Positions 27,926 to 40,900 of a stretch of DNA of 41,357 bases are shown here, piece by piece; position 1 is the first letter of the stretch, and each line of letters starts with the position of its first letter. A program made the position numbers and the translations under genes. The notes under the pieces were generated by a model. It saw only the letters and a program-made list of their open reading frames with translations, ran no database searches and was not told where the DNA came from. The stretch covers positions 1 through 41,357 of the forward strand of contig JAQGDQ010001434.1 of NCBI GenBank assembly GCA_030141605.1, in the 5' to 3' direction. The DNA is from Tubiluchus corallicola. Its lineage: Eukaryota; Animalia; Priapulida.

Positions 27926-28203
27926 AATAATAATAATAATAATAATAATAATCTTTATTTAAAGTCGGCTTTTGGATCAACAGTTAACATTAGCTCAAAG
28001 AGCTATTATCACCGACTGTAAATAACAACCTACAACTACATAACAGAGACTATTATTACCCCACTTTTACCCTAAATACCATGCGTCTGGCAGGGCAACA
28101 GCGGTACCATTTTTGAAGTCTTTGGTATGACCCGGCCGCTGGTTCGAACTCACGACCTCCCAGACGGAAAGCAGACGCATTAACACTAGACTAAACCGTC
28201 TGG
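27926..28203 (-). mobile_element. tRNA-derived SINE (head, core, stem-loop tail, (TTA)n)
   Basis: Minus strand has A-box TAGTCTAGTG, B-box GTTCGAACC, core GGTCATACCAAAGACTTCAAAAATGGTACC, tail hairpin TAGCTC..GAGCTA, and AATAAAG(ATT)n. Confidence 0.8.
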
Positions 28204-28679
28204 TCAAATGTCCAATGGATCAGGAGCAGGTAAAATTGCCTCAGGACATGAATATTAATGTGACATGAATATTAGTTTAGTTTAATGCCCCGACTATCCA
28301 GTTAAATTCTAGCTTAATTGTCCAGGATTATGTACGAAATTCCATTTTGACGCAAAAGTTTCATGTCCCGTTAAGCACTGCGGCAGATGCAAGAGCCATC
28401 TGTACACTCATTTTAGAATGATTTCGCAAAATTATACAAACGTGTACTATATTGTTAAAACTTGTCCGAAAGTTGATATTTTTGTAAGACGTCTGATGAT
28501 ACTGCAGCTCTGCATGTTCATAGAGCTTTCAGTAATGATCGTATTTATAATTTATTTTCATCTTTTAAACTGACAAAGCTCTATCCACAGACGCAGTCAA
28601 GAAAAAAAAACAATTTTAACGATGGATTTCAGAAAGCAGGCATAAGGTATATTCAACAAATTATGGAAACTAGCAAATC

Positions 28680-29135
28680 AACCACCAATAGAGAACCAGA
28701 CCCAGAACCCAGCATCAAATTTGCATTGACCTTGACCTCGTGAACAGCAACCAGCAGACTAGCAAACCTAAGCTTGGCCTGAATTTTGCTAGCTTGACGT
28801 AGCTTGCTCTTGCTTTAAGGGAATATTAAGCAACCACCAATAGAGAAGCAGACGCAGAACCCAGCGTCAAATTTGCATTGACCTTGACCTCGTGAACAGC
28901 AACCAGCAGACTAGCAAACCTAAGCTTGGCCTGAATTTTGCTAGCTTGGCGTAGCTTGCTCTTCCTTTGCGGGAATATTAAGCAACCACCAATAGAGAAG
29001 CAGACCCAGAAACCAGCGTCAAATTTGCATTGACCTTGACCTCGTGAATAACAACCAGCAGACTAGCAAACCTAAGCTTGGCCTGAATTTTGCTAGCTTG
29101 ACGTAGCTTGCTCTTGCTTTACAGGAATATTAAGC
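28680..29135. repeat. 152-bp tandem repeat x3 containing TGACCTTGACCT
   Basis: AACCACCAATAGAGAA at 28680, 28832 and 28984; further GACCTTGACCTTGA at ~29190. Confidence 0.9.
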
Positions 29136-29845
29136 AGCCGCTAGTACAAAAGAAGGTCTAATTATAGTGTAAATAATACCGTGACCTTGTGCGACCTTGA
29201 CCTTGAGCTTTTCATCTCAGGAATATAAAATAGGGGAACAGCAGCCAATAGAAAAACAGATTCAAGCCCCGCATTGATTTTGCCATAACCATTTTTCTCT
29301 CGTATCTATGAGAAAGGAAACCAGAGTTAACGGCTTCATCGGGCATAACTCAACAGATCAGTCGCTAACCCCCATGCTCAACACCCACCTTTCCCACCCC
29401 CCTTACAGTCATTAAATGAACATTACGCAACAGCTACACAAAATCACGGCCTACGAGTAACCTGAGATGAGACAGGCAGTGACATTTGCTAAATATGAAG
29501 AGGTGATATTTGTGATTCCCACACAAGAAATTTATAGCCGGTATATTACATCGTATGCAGGATAATTGGCTAAATTATTGTTGGAAATTTGCGTGAAACA
29601 TTCCAGAAATGGAAACCAGGAGTAATTTGCTGATGCAAATTTAGACGACGGATGAATAGTTTTCTCGCATCTAAATATCAAATTGTGAAATATCACAGCA
29701 ACCATCTAAGAATTCATTAAAATCACGGTTTCCATCGAAAACGAAAATAGACATCTTGCGGCTATTTCGAGTTGTGCGATATTTTGCAGCCGTTTCACTA
29801 TTTTGAAGCTATTTCAGTTTTATAATAAAGCTTTATTTTTCTTAC

Positions 29846-29895
29846 CTCTTCGTAATCGGCCAAGATCTCCGTCCGCACTGGGCAATCTTGGTCGC
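29846..29895 (-). CDS. SH2B1: SH2B/Lnk linker mini-exon (50 nt, phase 2-1)
   Basis: ttattttag|G...GAG|gtaaga; reads (T)RPRLPSADGDLGRLRR(V) and exactly bridges the phases of the two flanking exons. Confidence 0.78.
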
Positions 29896-29968
29896 CTAAA
29901 ATAAGTCACAAATACATAGGTTACTGATACAAACATGGCATACTAACTGGGCACTGCTAAAACGTTAA

Positions 29969-30340
29969 TGTTGTGGATATCGCTGGCATCTATTAGAATT
30001 AAATAGAACATTGTAGAATGTTCCATTAGAATAATCGTCTTACCTTGTAGAATGTTCTAGAAAGAAACGTCTAGAATGTTCCCTGGCACCCTATATAAGT
30101 TGAAGCAGGCCGCTGAGAGAGACACTCGCAGATTTCACACGGACGCCACTTACACATTCTCTTGAATACTTGTATTTTCAGATACACTCAAACGTTTTCC
30201 AGATTTTCACGTTTAGTGTAATCATTTTGCGTTCCTTCATACTTTTGTGTTGCAGAATTCTGGCTTAATAAACTAGTTTAATTTGACGAAGTGTTTTCTG
30301 GTTTTCTCTACGAGCCTTCCAAGAGAAACAAAACACAACA
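29969..30340 (+). mobile_element. Solo LTR, 372 bp (possibly BEL/Pao)
   Basis: Termini TGTTGTG...CACAACA; perfect 5-bp TSD GTTAA (29964-29968 and 30341-30345); TATATAA at 30092; AATAAA at 30267. Confidence 0.88.
30005..30098 (+). promoter_or_regulatory. Heat-shock-element cluster plus TATA box in LTR U3
   Basis: AGAAtgTTCtaGAA at 30049-30062 is a perfect triple nGAAn; further GAAnnTTC arrays lie at 30005-30025 and 30064-30081. Confidence 0.6.
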
Positions 30341-30592
30341 GTTAAAGTAAAATAAAATGCTATGAAGTAAAACGTTACCATTCTGGCAATGCAAAAATGT
30401 CTAAATATGTCTATGACAAGTTAATTTGAAGGCAAACAGTTCAAACTTTCTCCTGCCATCCGCATGACCACCACGCCGCATTGACCGCACAAATCGCACT
30501 ACCACGCCGCATTGACAGCACAAATCGTCAATGCCACCTTTTAAACTTAATCAACTAAAGTGCTAGTCAAAAAGCGTCTATCTTGTACTTAC

Positions 30593-30714
30593 GTAAAGTT
30601 ACTAGGGCTTCCTTCACGATTTGTTGGCTTCATACAATATCGCACCATAGCTAGCCACTCCCTCATGTCGTCAATGTCAGAGGCTTCGATCACGTATTCC
30701 ATTCTGTTCTCAGC
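30593..30714 (-). CDS. SH2B1: SH2B/Lnk exon, end of PH domain (122 nt, phase 0-2)
   Basis: atttcacag|GCT...TTTAC|gtaagt; AENRMEYVIEASDIDDMREWLAMVRYCMKPTNREGSPSNF, the PH C-terminal helix with its conserved Trp. Confidence 0.92.
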
Positions 30715-30749
30715 CTGTGAAATGATGTTATCCATGTTAGCTTAATCAA

Positions 30750-31101
30750 GTTATCTTAATTTTACATACTATTAACAAATAATAGTCTTTCTATGTTTTA
30801 TATTATCTCATATATGAGCATCATTCATTACATCATTCCATTTTAAGCACTAAATGTTTTCTTTATCATACCATTCACTTCAAATTTTCAGATTATTTCC
30901 ATTACTTTTTTTTCTATCACTGTGTGGGACAATCTAACAAGCCCTGCTTTTTGATTGCCCCCAACACATTTACATTCGTATATAAGTGAACAGTGTGTGA
31001 GGCTTTTCCTGTGCAGTATTTCTTATTTGCATTATGTTCATTGTAGGCCCTTTCACTAGATATTGTAAATGTGTAATGTGGAATAAATGACTTATGACTT
31101 A
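30750..31101 (+). mobile_element. Retroelement 3' end (family A), uninterrupted copy with (ATGACTT)n tail
   Basis: Ends GAATAAATGACTTATGACTT; inverted match to 17417-17455 plus 17983-18296. Confidence 0.75.
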
Positions 31102-31279
31102 CATAATTTAGTAACTAATTCAAACATAACTAGGTTTATAACTAATGCAATAAAATTAAACTTTTTTATACACAATGTCATGTAAATGCAAGGAACTTTA
31201 GAATTTTTTATTCAGTGGACAGCAGGAGATACCGTGACAGATATAAGAATTAAAAACAGGTTGTAAAACATAGACGGCA

Positions 31280-32240
31280 CAGGGCCATCTTAAAGCAGTT
31301 GTCCGTGGGCCCCACAAGCGTAGGGGCCCTATGCCAATCTGTGTATGTTGTGATTTGCTGCCAATAAATACCATACTATACTAAACTACAAACATTCGTT
31401 ATTGTATAACCACCACCGTCTGCATGGTTTACGAATTGACTATCATTTACATGTTGAAATTTTTGAGTTTATGAAGACTCATGTCGTATTGTTCAAATGT
31501 TTGTGTTGATTAATCTTTGCTGTACAGCATGTTTTTTAATGTTTAAACGCTGATTTTGTTAAAAGTACCAATGCAATAAATATATCTTTAGTTTATGCCT
31601 ACGGCCAAATCACGTCGAAAACACCGGTTCTCGTCTGATCACCGAAGTTAAGCAACACAGAGCCTGGTTAGTACTTGGATGAGTGACAGTTTACACCTAG
31701 GAATACCAGGTGCTGTAGGCTTGCGGGATGCAAATACTGTATCTCGACACTAGGCGGAGGAGCTGCACAAGCAGCCAACGGCCAGAGGGCGGGGCAGGTC
31801 AAGCGACCCAATGGTCACGTGTAGAGGATAAACCTTCCAAATCAGGAGTGGAGCCCCAAAGGCGGACCAGTGCAGCATGCTCACTGACTCCGGCAGCCAA
31901 CCTGGTGCCAAACGTATCGCTCTGCTTTCCTTTGGACTACACCATAGAGGAAGAGAGGGGGTTCCTGTTGTCTGGGCAACTCAGGATCTCCAAACACCTT
32001 TCCCAGGCATGTGCCCTGGAGACGTTCAAGGGATTCCACTGCTCAGCCACAGTCGACGCTGCAGCTCCATCAGTGTGATCAATAGCTGACTCTCTTGGCG
32101 CACACTCCATTGTCTTCTGGACAGAAGCATGCCAAACAATTTTATTGACCTTTTACATTTTATTCCTGCGAGTAGTTATGTAGACAAGTGCCAATGCACT
32201 ACTTTGCCCGGGGACCTATAATGATATTAAGACGGCCCTG
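31280..32240. mobile_element. MITE-like element with CAGGGCCRTCTTAA termini, interrupted by a 5S-derived element
   Basis: TIR match 13/14 and subterminal GGGCCC motifs; no TSD seen. Confidence 0.6.
31597..31722 (+). pseudogene. 5S rRNA-derived sequence (pseudogene or SINE3 head)
   Basis: GCCTACGGCCA...GATCACCGAAGTTAAGC...TTAGTACTTGGATG...GAATACCAGGTGCTGTAGGCTT is full-length 5S with a ~7-nt insertion and no T4 terminator. Confidence 0.85.
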
Positions 32241-32648
32241 TTTCTCCCTAAAAAAATTGGCAAATGCGACATTTATAATGAAAGCATTATGAACTTTATT
32301 TTAACGTAGCTTTTAACATAAATCAAAGAAAAAAGTAATGATAAACTAACACAACCCTGCTGCAATAGTCGTGGTCACATTGTTCAGGGATACTGCAAGC
32401 AAAAAACTAACTAGCCATCATTACAAATGTACTTTGTACGTGTACTTGTATATCACTGAGGGAAAAAAACCATTTTTGGAATTGCAGCAAGCAGAGTTCC
32501 CAAACTTTCAATGAAAAATAAAACGACGTTCAACTCTGTACTGAAAAAAATGAGCAAATGCTACCACAGATTAATTAGATTAATTTTTGTGATAAAATTA
32601 GAAGTTGTTTTTTGTGTTTTTCTGAGTGAATTGAACAACTTAAAGTAC

Positions 32649-32750
32649 CTTGAGTACAAAAGAATTTTCGTGGTCTGGCATCTCCAATGCGGTTGTCTCT
32701 CTTGCCTCGGTGACCAGGAAACAGAATATACCCGAAATAGGTTTCAAAGC
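32649..32750 (-). CDS. SH2B1: SH2B/Lnk exon, PH domain (102 nt, phase 0-0)
   Basis: Minus strand ttattttcag|GCT...CTCAAG|gtactt; translates ALKPISGIFCFLVTEARETTALEMPDHENSFVLK, containing the SH2B PH motif 'TTALEMPD.EN.FV.K'. Confidence 0.93.
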
Positions 32751-33338
32751 CTGAAAATAAATTGTAGTAGCTTATATTTACTTACAAGGTATAGAAGTAA
32801 AGTTTAGAATTATCAAAGTGTTTTTTACTTATGTAGGAAATGCAGAAAAATACACTGGGTAAGTTCTTCATAAAAGTTATTTAGCCTTAGTATGCCGTAA
32901 CAAGCCACGTGGTCTGACAATGTTTCATACATCTGGTGCCACCTTGTAGCGAGAAATAGAAATCTCGAAGAAAACGTCCAGACGCCTCCTTAAAGCACGT
33001 TCACTAAAAAATACAGCGGTAGTGCGACGTGTCCTTGGCTTTGGCAAGAAATGACTAACTCTAAAACAAACAGTAAACAAACACAAACAACAGAGACAAA
33101 CAATCAACAATCTACGCTTTGAAAAGAACCGACAGTGCAAACCTCCACAATGGGATGCAGGAATCCAGACTAAACATTATCGATCAGCAGCCATCAATAG
33201 AACAAGGTCAAACGTTGTTTACCAAGCCTACTTCCCATTATGTACTGGATAATATTATTCGGTTTGCTCTGGCCACAAACCCGGGAAACACGACTCTCAC
33301 TCCGGTATAATGATCTAGCCAAACAGTGCCAGCAGTAA

Positions 33339-35656
33339 AGTTCCCAGAACAAATGACATAGCAATGCTGTTCCCAGAATAAATGACATAGCAATGCTGTT
33401 CCCAGAATAAATGACATAGCAATTCTGTTCGCAGTATAAATGACACAGCAATGCTGTTCTATAGTACAAATGACATAGCAATGCTGTTCCCAGAATAAAT
33501 GACATAGCAATGCTGTTCCCAGAATAAATGACATAGCAATTCTGTTCGCAGTATAAATGACACAGCAATGCTGTTCTATAGTACAAATGACATAGCAATG
33601 CTGTTCCCAGAATAAATGACATAGCAATGCTGTTCCCAGAATAAATGACATAGCAATTCTGTTCGCAGTATAAATGACACAGCAATGCTGTTCTATAGTA
33701 CAAATGACATAGCAATGCTGTTCCCAGAATAAATGACATAGCAATGCTGTTCCCAGAATAAATGACATAGCAATTCTGTTCGCAGTATAAATGACACAGC
33801 AATGCTGTTCTATAGTACAAATGACATAGCAATGCTGTTCCCAGAATAAATGACATAGCAATGCTGTTCCCAGAATAAATGACATAGCAATTCTGTTCGC
33901 AGTATAAATGACATAGCAATGCTGTTCTATAGTACAAATGACATAGCAATGCTGTTCCCAGAATAAATGACATAGCAATGCTGTTCCCAGAATAAATGAC
34001 ATAGCAATTCTGTTCGCAGTATAAATGACACAGCAATGCTGTTCTATAGTACAAATGACATAGCAATGCTGTTCCCAGAATAAATGACATAGCAATGCTG
34101 TTCCCAGAATAAATGACATAGCAATTCTGTTCGCAGTATAAATGACACAGCAATGCTGTTCTATAGTACAAATGACATAGCAATGCTGTTCCCAGAATAA
34201 ATGACATAGCAATGCTGTTCCCAGAATAAATGACATAGCAATTCTGTTCGCAGTATAAATGACACAGCAATGCTGTTCTATAGTACAAATGACATAGCAA
34301 TGCTGTTCCCAGAATAAATGACATAGCAATGCTGTTCCCAGAATAAATGACATAGCAATTCTGTTCGCAGTATAAATGACACAGCAATGCTGTTCTATAG
34401 TACAAATGACATAGCAATGCTGTTCCCAGAATAAATGACATAGCAATGCTGTTCCCAGAATAAATGACATAGCAATTCTGTTCGCAGTATAAATGACACA
34501 GCAATGCTGTTCTATAGTACAAATGACATAGCAATGCTGTTCGCAGTATAAATGACACAGCAATGCTGTTCTATAGTACAAATGACATAGCAATGCTGTT
34601 CGCAGTATAAATGACATAGCAATGCTGTTCGCAGTACAAATGACACAGCAATGCTGTTCGCAGTATAAATGACATAGCAATGCTGTTCGCAGTACAAATG
34701 ACACAGCAATGCTGTTCGCAGTATAAATGACACAGCAATGCTGTTCGCAGTATAAATGACACAGCAATGCTGTTCGCAGTATAAATGACACAGCAATGCT
34801 GTTCGCAGTATAAATGACACAGCAATGCTGTTCCCAGAATAAATGACATAGCAATGCTGTTCGCAGTATAAATGACACAGCAATGCTGTTCGCAGAATAA
34901 ATGACATAGCAATGCTGTTCGCAGTACAAATGACACAGCAATGCTGTTCGCAGTATAAATGACACAGCAATGCTGTTCGCAGTACAAATGACACAGCAAT
35001 GCTGTTCGCAGTATAAATGACACAGCAATGCTGTTCGCAGTATAAATGACATAGCAATGCTGTTCGCAGTATAAATGACACAGCAATGCTGTTCGCAGTA
35101 TAAATGACACAGCAATGCTGTTTGCAATACAAATGACACAGCAATGCTGTTCGCAGTATAAATGACATAGCAATGCTGTTTGCAGTATAAATGACATAGC
35201 AATGCTGTTTGCAGTATAAATGACATAGCAATGCTGTTCGCAGTATAAATGACATAGCAATGCTGTTAGCAGTATAAATGACACAGCAATGCTGTTCTAT
35301 AGTACAAATGACATAGCAATGCTGTTCGCAGTATAAATGACATAGCAATGCTGTTCCCAGAATAAATGACATAGCAATTCTGTTCGCAGTATAAATGACA
35401 CAGCAATGCTGTTCTATAATACAAATGACATAGCAATGCTGTTCGCAGTATAAATGACATAGCAATGCTGTTCCCAGAATAAATGACACAGCAATGCTGT
35501 TCTATAGTACAAATGACATAGCAATTCTGTTCGCAGTATAAATGACACAGCAATTCTGTTCTATAGTACAAATGACATAGCAATGCTGCTCGCAGTATAA
35601 ATGACATAGCAATGCTGTTCCCAGAATAAATGACATAGCAATTCTGTTCGCAGTAT
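33339..35656. repeat. 29-bp minisatellite (~79 units); left half organised as a 117-bp four-unit higher-order repeat x~10
   Basis: Unit AAATGACATAGCAATGCTGTTCGCAGTAT; the CTATAG variant recurs every 117 bp from 33459 to 34512; the spurious ORFs have a 39-aa period. Confidence 0.95.
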
Positions 35657-36123
35657 TAGTTCTTGTAGCGTTAGTATCTTTTTAGTTAAAGGAAATGCCA
35701 AGCCTTTTAGGAAGTCAGGTTTATTCGGGAAAAACGTTAGTAGCATTTAGTAATAAAACTCCAATAAGCGCCTCGTTTGTAAAATCACTTTAAAGTCGCG
35801 ATCACTTCATGCTTGGGCGCCATTTTCAATTCCCATTCTTCTTTCAATGACGTCATTCATCCTGAAGAAAAGTAGCGCACTGTCAATCTTCACTAAAAGT
35901 ATAATATGTTATTATAAAGAAATTAGATAGCTAATTCTGTAATATCTTTGCGTGAGCATAAAGTAAGTTGCAGAAATTTGAATTAGCTTAAGTTCACGAA
36001 ATTCACATCATGATTTTGAAGTGAATGGTGGCAACCACCACGCCTGAAAATTTCAGAGGTAGTATATTCTACATTTATGCTTTATAGGCAGTTCTTTGCA
36101 AATTTCTTAATTATATTTTTCTA

Positions 36124-36755
36124 AGTTTAAATGATAACAGTAAAATGAACCCAACATACTAAGTGACTTGTTCTTTCCTCTAGCACACTACAAACAGTTT
36201 AAGTGATAACAGTAAAATAAACCCAACATACCGAGTGACTTGTTCTTTCCTCTAGCACACCACAAACAGTTTAAGTGATAACAGTACAATGAACCCAACA
36301 TACCGAGTGACTTGTTCTTTCCTATAGCACACCATAAACAGTTTAAGTGATAACAGTAAAATGAATCCAACATACTGAGTGACTTGTTCTTTCCTCTAGC
36401 ACACCACAAACAGTTTAAGTGATAACAGTACAATGAACCCAACATACCGAGTGACTTGTTCTTTCCTCTAGCACACCACAAACAGTTTAAGTGATAACAG
36501 TAAAATAAACCCAACATACCGAGTGACTTGTTCTTTCCTCTAGCACACCACAAACAGTTTAAGTGATAACAGTACAATGAACCCAACATACCGAGTGACT
36601 TGTTCTTTCCTATAGCACACCATAAACAGTTTAAGTGATAACAGTAAAATGAACCCAACATACTGAGTGACTTGTTCTTTCCTCTAGCACACCACAAACA
36701 GTTTACGTGATAACAGTAAAATAAACCCAACATACTGAGTGACTTGTTATTTCCT
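36124..36755. repeat. 75-bp minisatellite, ~8.5 copies
   Basis: 25-aa period in spurious ORF 36188..36733. Confidence 0.93.
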
Positions 36756-38119
36756 CACTATGCCATGAAATCATCATAATTAATTACTAAGCAGTAAGAT
36801 TTCTTTAATTACCCAAAAGAAACAAGTAATTAATCAGAATGGCAAAGCTCCGTGACCTAATTACTTACACGATTTTTTAACATCATCCTCAACAACTAAT
36901 TAAAATTCGCTGACGTCATGAAGTGAAATGTTATTACGGCACCTAAAGCCCCTGAGAGGTGGAAGTTTCTAAATAATATTTCGAAGAAAAAGTATTTGTG
37001 GTGTACTAATGTTAAGTGCACAATGTCTCTTTGTTTAATACTTGAATGACGGTTGTTAACTAGTAAATTAAGTTGAAAGTGTTCTAAGTAACTACATTTT
37101 AAAAATTATTTGAGTAACTTAAATTTATAATGACCCTTCATGCATAATTACGGTAACATCAAGTATTCAAGTGGTATTGCTTATTATAAGCAAACAAAAC
37201 AGACTTCAGCATTTTCAAAACAGACGTGCAGCATTTCATTTAAAGCCCCAAAACAGACGATTCACTCTCGACGTGAAGCCATTTTATTAAAGGCAATATA
37301 AGTAAAAATTAAAATGTTCATCAACAATGAGTCATGTGTGATCATCAAAACTCACTGCCACATTTTAGTGAACATGGTTTCGTTAAGACCTTGCAAAAAT
37401 CATCGCAATGTCAGTTTTTGTTCAAAACTTTTCAGACCTGGTGATAATTTTAGATTCTCATTGAAATGTTCTTGACACGTGTTCGACTTTGGTTGTTTAT
37501 TGTTATAATCTTCAAATTTTGCCTCATCATAGTTCAACTTCGGTGTGTATTTTGACTCACGGCTGCAAAATTGCGTACACGCTGTTAGTATACCAGTATA
37601 AAGTAGCTATAATTAGTATTATAGTAAAAGTATATAAGTAGTAATATTATGCTATCAAACTTTAGTTTAAACATAATTTATTATAGGATTGGATCAGACA
37701 GTTTGAACAACATGATTTAGGATCCTCACCACAACAGACTTTATACACTATTTACAAAAACATTTACAGTAAGAATTGACTATAACTACACAAGCTGACA
37801 AGTTTTACTACAAGAATACATTAGACATTAGTAGAAAATGACGGTTAGAAAATATTAATGTACGAATATTTAAGACTGATGCATCAGATGGAAACTACTG
37901 GAAGCGTTTAGTACGTAATATAAAGTCATGTATGCATTGGAATATTTTACAGTTAGCAACATAGTTAAATTCATCTTTTCCGAATAATAACGACTTCAAC
38001 AGATCATTAGTTCCTAAGGCAGCTATATTAAGGTTTTCGGGCAGAAGCATTTCATTTAATTTAACAATCATAACAAACTTTACAGTTTACCAAACTTTGA
38101 TCGATCTTTGATCAAAATG

Positions 38120-40900
38120 ATGAACAAGCAGTTTAAGCAGAATCAAACGTAAACAGATTATGTTACTTGGTTTTCACAAAGCCTACAGCTGGAAAGACAG
38201 CAATGACCTCCTTTGATTTACATGCACGATTTAAATTGTGCTTTAAGTCAACGATTTTTATCGATCTTATCATATTAGTACCGTTCAACGTGGCGTCAAG
38301 AAATTATGCACACGTTGTAATGTTAACACACCACAAGCGGTAAGCAAAACGACAGGTACATAAACAGTGCGGATTTCTTTGGCGCACATACAAAGTTTTC
38401 ATTTAATTTAAATTACTTTTGCGATTGCAATGTTTAAGTCATGAACAAGCAGCTTAAAAAGAATGTGTTGTTAAATAGATTATGTTACATTAGACTTCTA
38501 GAATGTAGGATTGTTATTGTGGTCTTAGTCTAACTTAATTTTTTTATTTTTCCAACCCTAAAAAAGCATGACAGGACATTACAAATATATTGTTTCTTTA
38601 AGTATAATATAGTGCAGTCAGTACTACAGTATACCTAAAAAACAATATATTTATAGCTGCACTATATTTATACCTAAAAAATCAATATATTTATAACGTT
38701 CCGTGTACAGTACATAAGTATAAAAGTAACAGTATATTGTACTATGAGGTTACATTAAATTTCGTAACCGTATGTCAGTAATTCAGGTACATGGAACAAT
38801 TAATAAAGCGACTTGAAAAGAAACCCAAATGTGCAAACAAAAAGGCAATAAAGCAATTCTTTTCACGCGCAGTTTTAAAAGCTAGGTCGGGTCATTGACC
38901 AAATGACTGAAACTATGTGAATGAACCCTAAACAACTGTGACACCAGTTGAAAGTGAAACCTTTATGACAAAAGCTGTGACTGTCCTCCTCCTTATGTGG
39001 GTGGATGAACTTCAGTGGAAATGTTACTGAAGGACACGGTATTGCGTTTACACGAAATGTGCGAAACTATACACCGTCGAAGCAGTAGAAAATACATCTA
39101 CTAATAAATGTAATACACCTAACAAAAATTACAATAGCTGATCCTTGAATGATTTGACATCTATTTTTTATGAAATACACTACGCAGATATGAATGGGTT
39201 AGTTCCGTGCTTTACAGACTGATCAGTATACTTATAATATATATATACTATAATAATATATATTTTATTATAGTATATATATATATATATTATAAGTTAT
39301 ATAATAATATTATATATTATAATATTATTATACAATATATGGCCTCCAATCAATTATAATGCTATTTTAATATACCTCTATGTAAATTAAACATACACTG
39401 TGATCGTTTCTTCTCCTCTTTTCCTTCTTCCTATCCCTAATCTTACTATTTTTCCATTCCATCATGTCTACTAACCCTAACCATTCTTTCATTCACTCAT
39501 CCTCCCCTCCCTTCCTTCTTCCTATCCCTAATGTTACTATTTTTCCATTCCATCATGTCTACTAACCCTAACCATTCTTTCACTCACTCATTTGTGCCAT
39601 CCTAACAAGCCAAGCTTTCAAGGTGTCATACAGCAACTCTTTTATTTGGTTAATTTGACTTCATCAACGTTTTTTTACCTATGTTTCTTTTGTTTCCATA
39701 ATATTGTATATTGATGTATTGTGTATGTATTACTGGAGTGAAATAAATTGATTGATTGATTGATATAGTTAATCATTTACTATATGCGTAAACTGTAAAC
39801 TAACCTGAACCCATCTTTTCACACCTTTTTTTTTAATTTCTCAATTTCTTCACGTGTTGTAATTAAACTTTCTCTGCCCATTGGATTGAGATCAACTCAA
39901 ACAAAACTCGGCCAAAAAAGACATTTCATTTTTATGGGTTTAATGACATGGCTATGCTAAAGTACATCTAATTTTACTCTTGGTTCAACGTGGCGTAAAG
40001 AAACTATACATAGGTCATACGCATGTAATGTACACTTATGTTAACACACCACAAACGGTACGAATAACGAATGGTACATGTACAATGTGGACTTTCAGGT
40101 AAATGTGAATTCAAATTATATTAGGTCCTACGCATGTAATGTACACTATGTTAACACACCACAAACAGTACGAAGAACGAATTGTACATGTAGAATGTGG
40201 ATTTTCGGGTAAAATGTGAATTCAAATTATTAACAAGCAATTTAAACGGAATCAAACGTAAACAGATTATATTGCTTAGCTTCCAGAAACTACTGCTAGA
40301 AAAATAAGAACCACCTTAATTTACATCTATAATTTAAATTGCAATTTAAAATCAATGATTTTTTTCAATCTAATGCTATTCCTACTTTAAAGTACAGCTA
40401 AGCTTAGTAATTTTTCTTGCTTCGCGACATGGCGTAAAGAAATTATGCACAATCATGTGCACTACGTTAACACACCACAAACGGTAAGGAGAATGAACGG
40501 TACATATTCAGTGAGGACTTCTTTACACATATATTTACCAGATTACTTACATTCACATTAGCCTATTTTTGCACCCGTTATATTCAAATTATGGGCAAGA
40601 AATTTAAACAGGTTACATTATATTAGACTTCCGGAAAGTAGGACTGCCAGGATAAGAGTCAGTTCAACAGTCAGTCAGTGACCTAACTTGTTTTTTCCTT
40701 TTCTTTATCATAAAGAAGTAATATAGCTCTCATTTGGGAACGTTATGAAGCTATTAGTTTTTAAGTATATCATTTAGCGGCCAGTGTACGCCCTTTTTTC
40801 ACTCAGGATGAAACTGAATACAGGTCCACCAAAGCTCCTCTCAAGCAATAGACCGCTGACTAATCATTTGTTAGACAACAACCTAACACACCACAAACAG
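38120..40900. repeat. Old, diverged local repeats
   Basis: TCAACGTGGCGT.AAGAAA...TTAACACACCACAA recurs at ~38285, ~39985 and ~40430, with partial copies at ~40150 and ~40885. AACAAGCA.TTTAA...GAATCAAACGTAAACAGATTAT occurs at ~38123 and ~40232. Confidence 0.6.
39335..39764 (+). mobile_element. Non-LTR retroelement 3' end, copy 2, with an internal ~90-bp tandem duplication
   Basis: Matches 6313-6657; the segment TCCTTCTTCCTATCCC...CACTCAT occurs twice (~39420-39500 and ~39510-39590). Confidence 0.75.

Noticed and set aside
31597-31722. Functional 5S rRNA gene
   Set aside because: Insertion near box C, substitutions, no terminator, and a solitary copy inside a MITE.
33194-35746. Long Cys-rich ORFs of up to 662 aa
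   Set aside because: They are translations of the 29/117-bp repeat, open in several overlapping frames.
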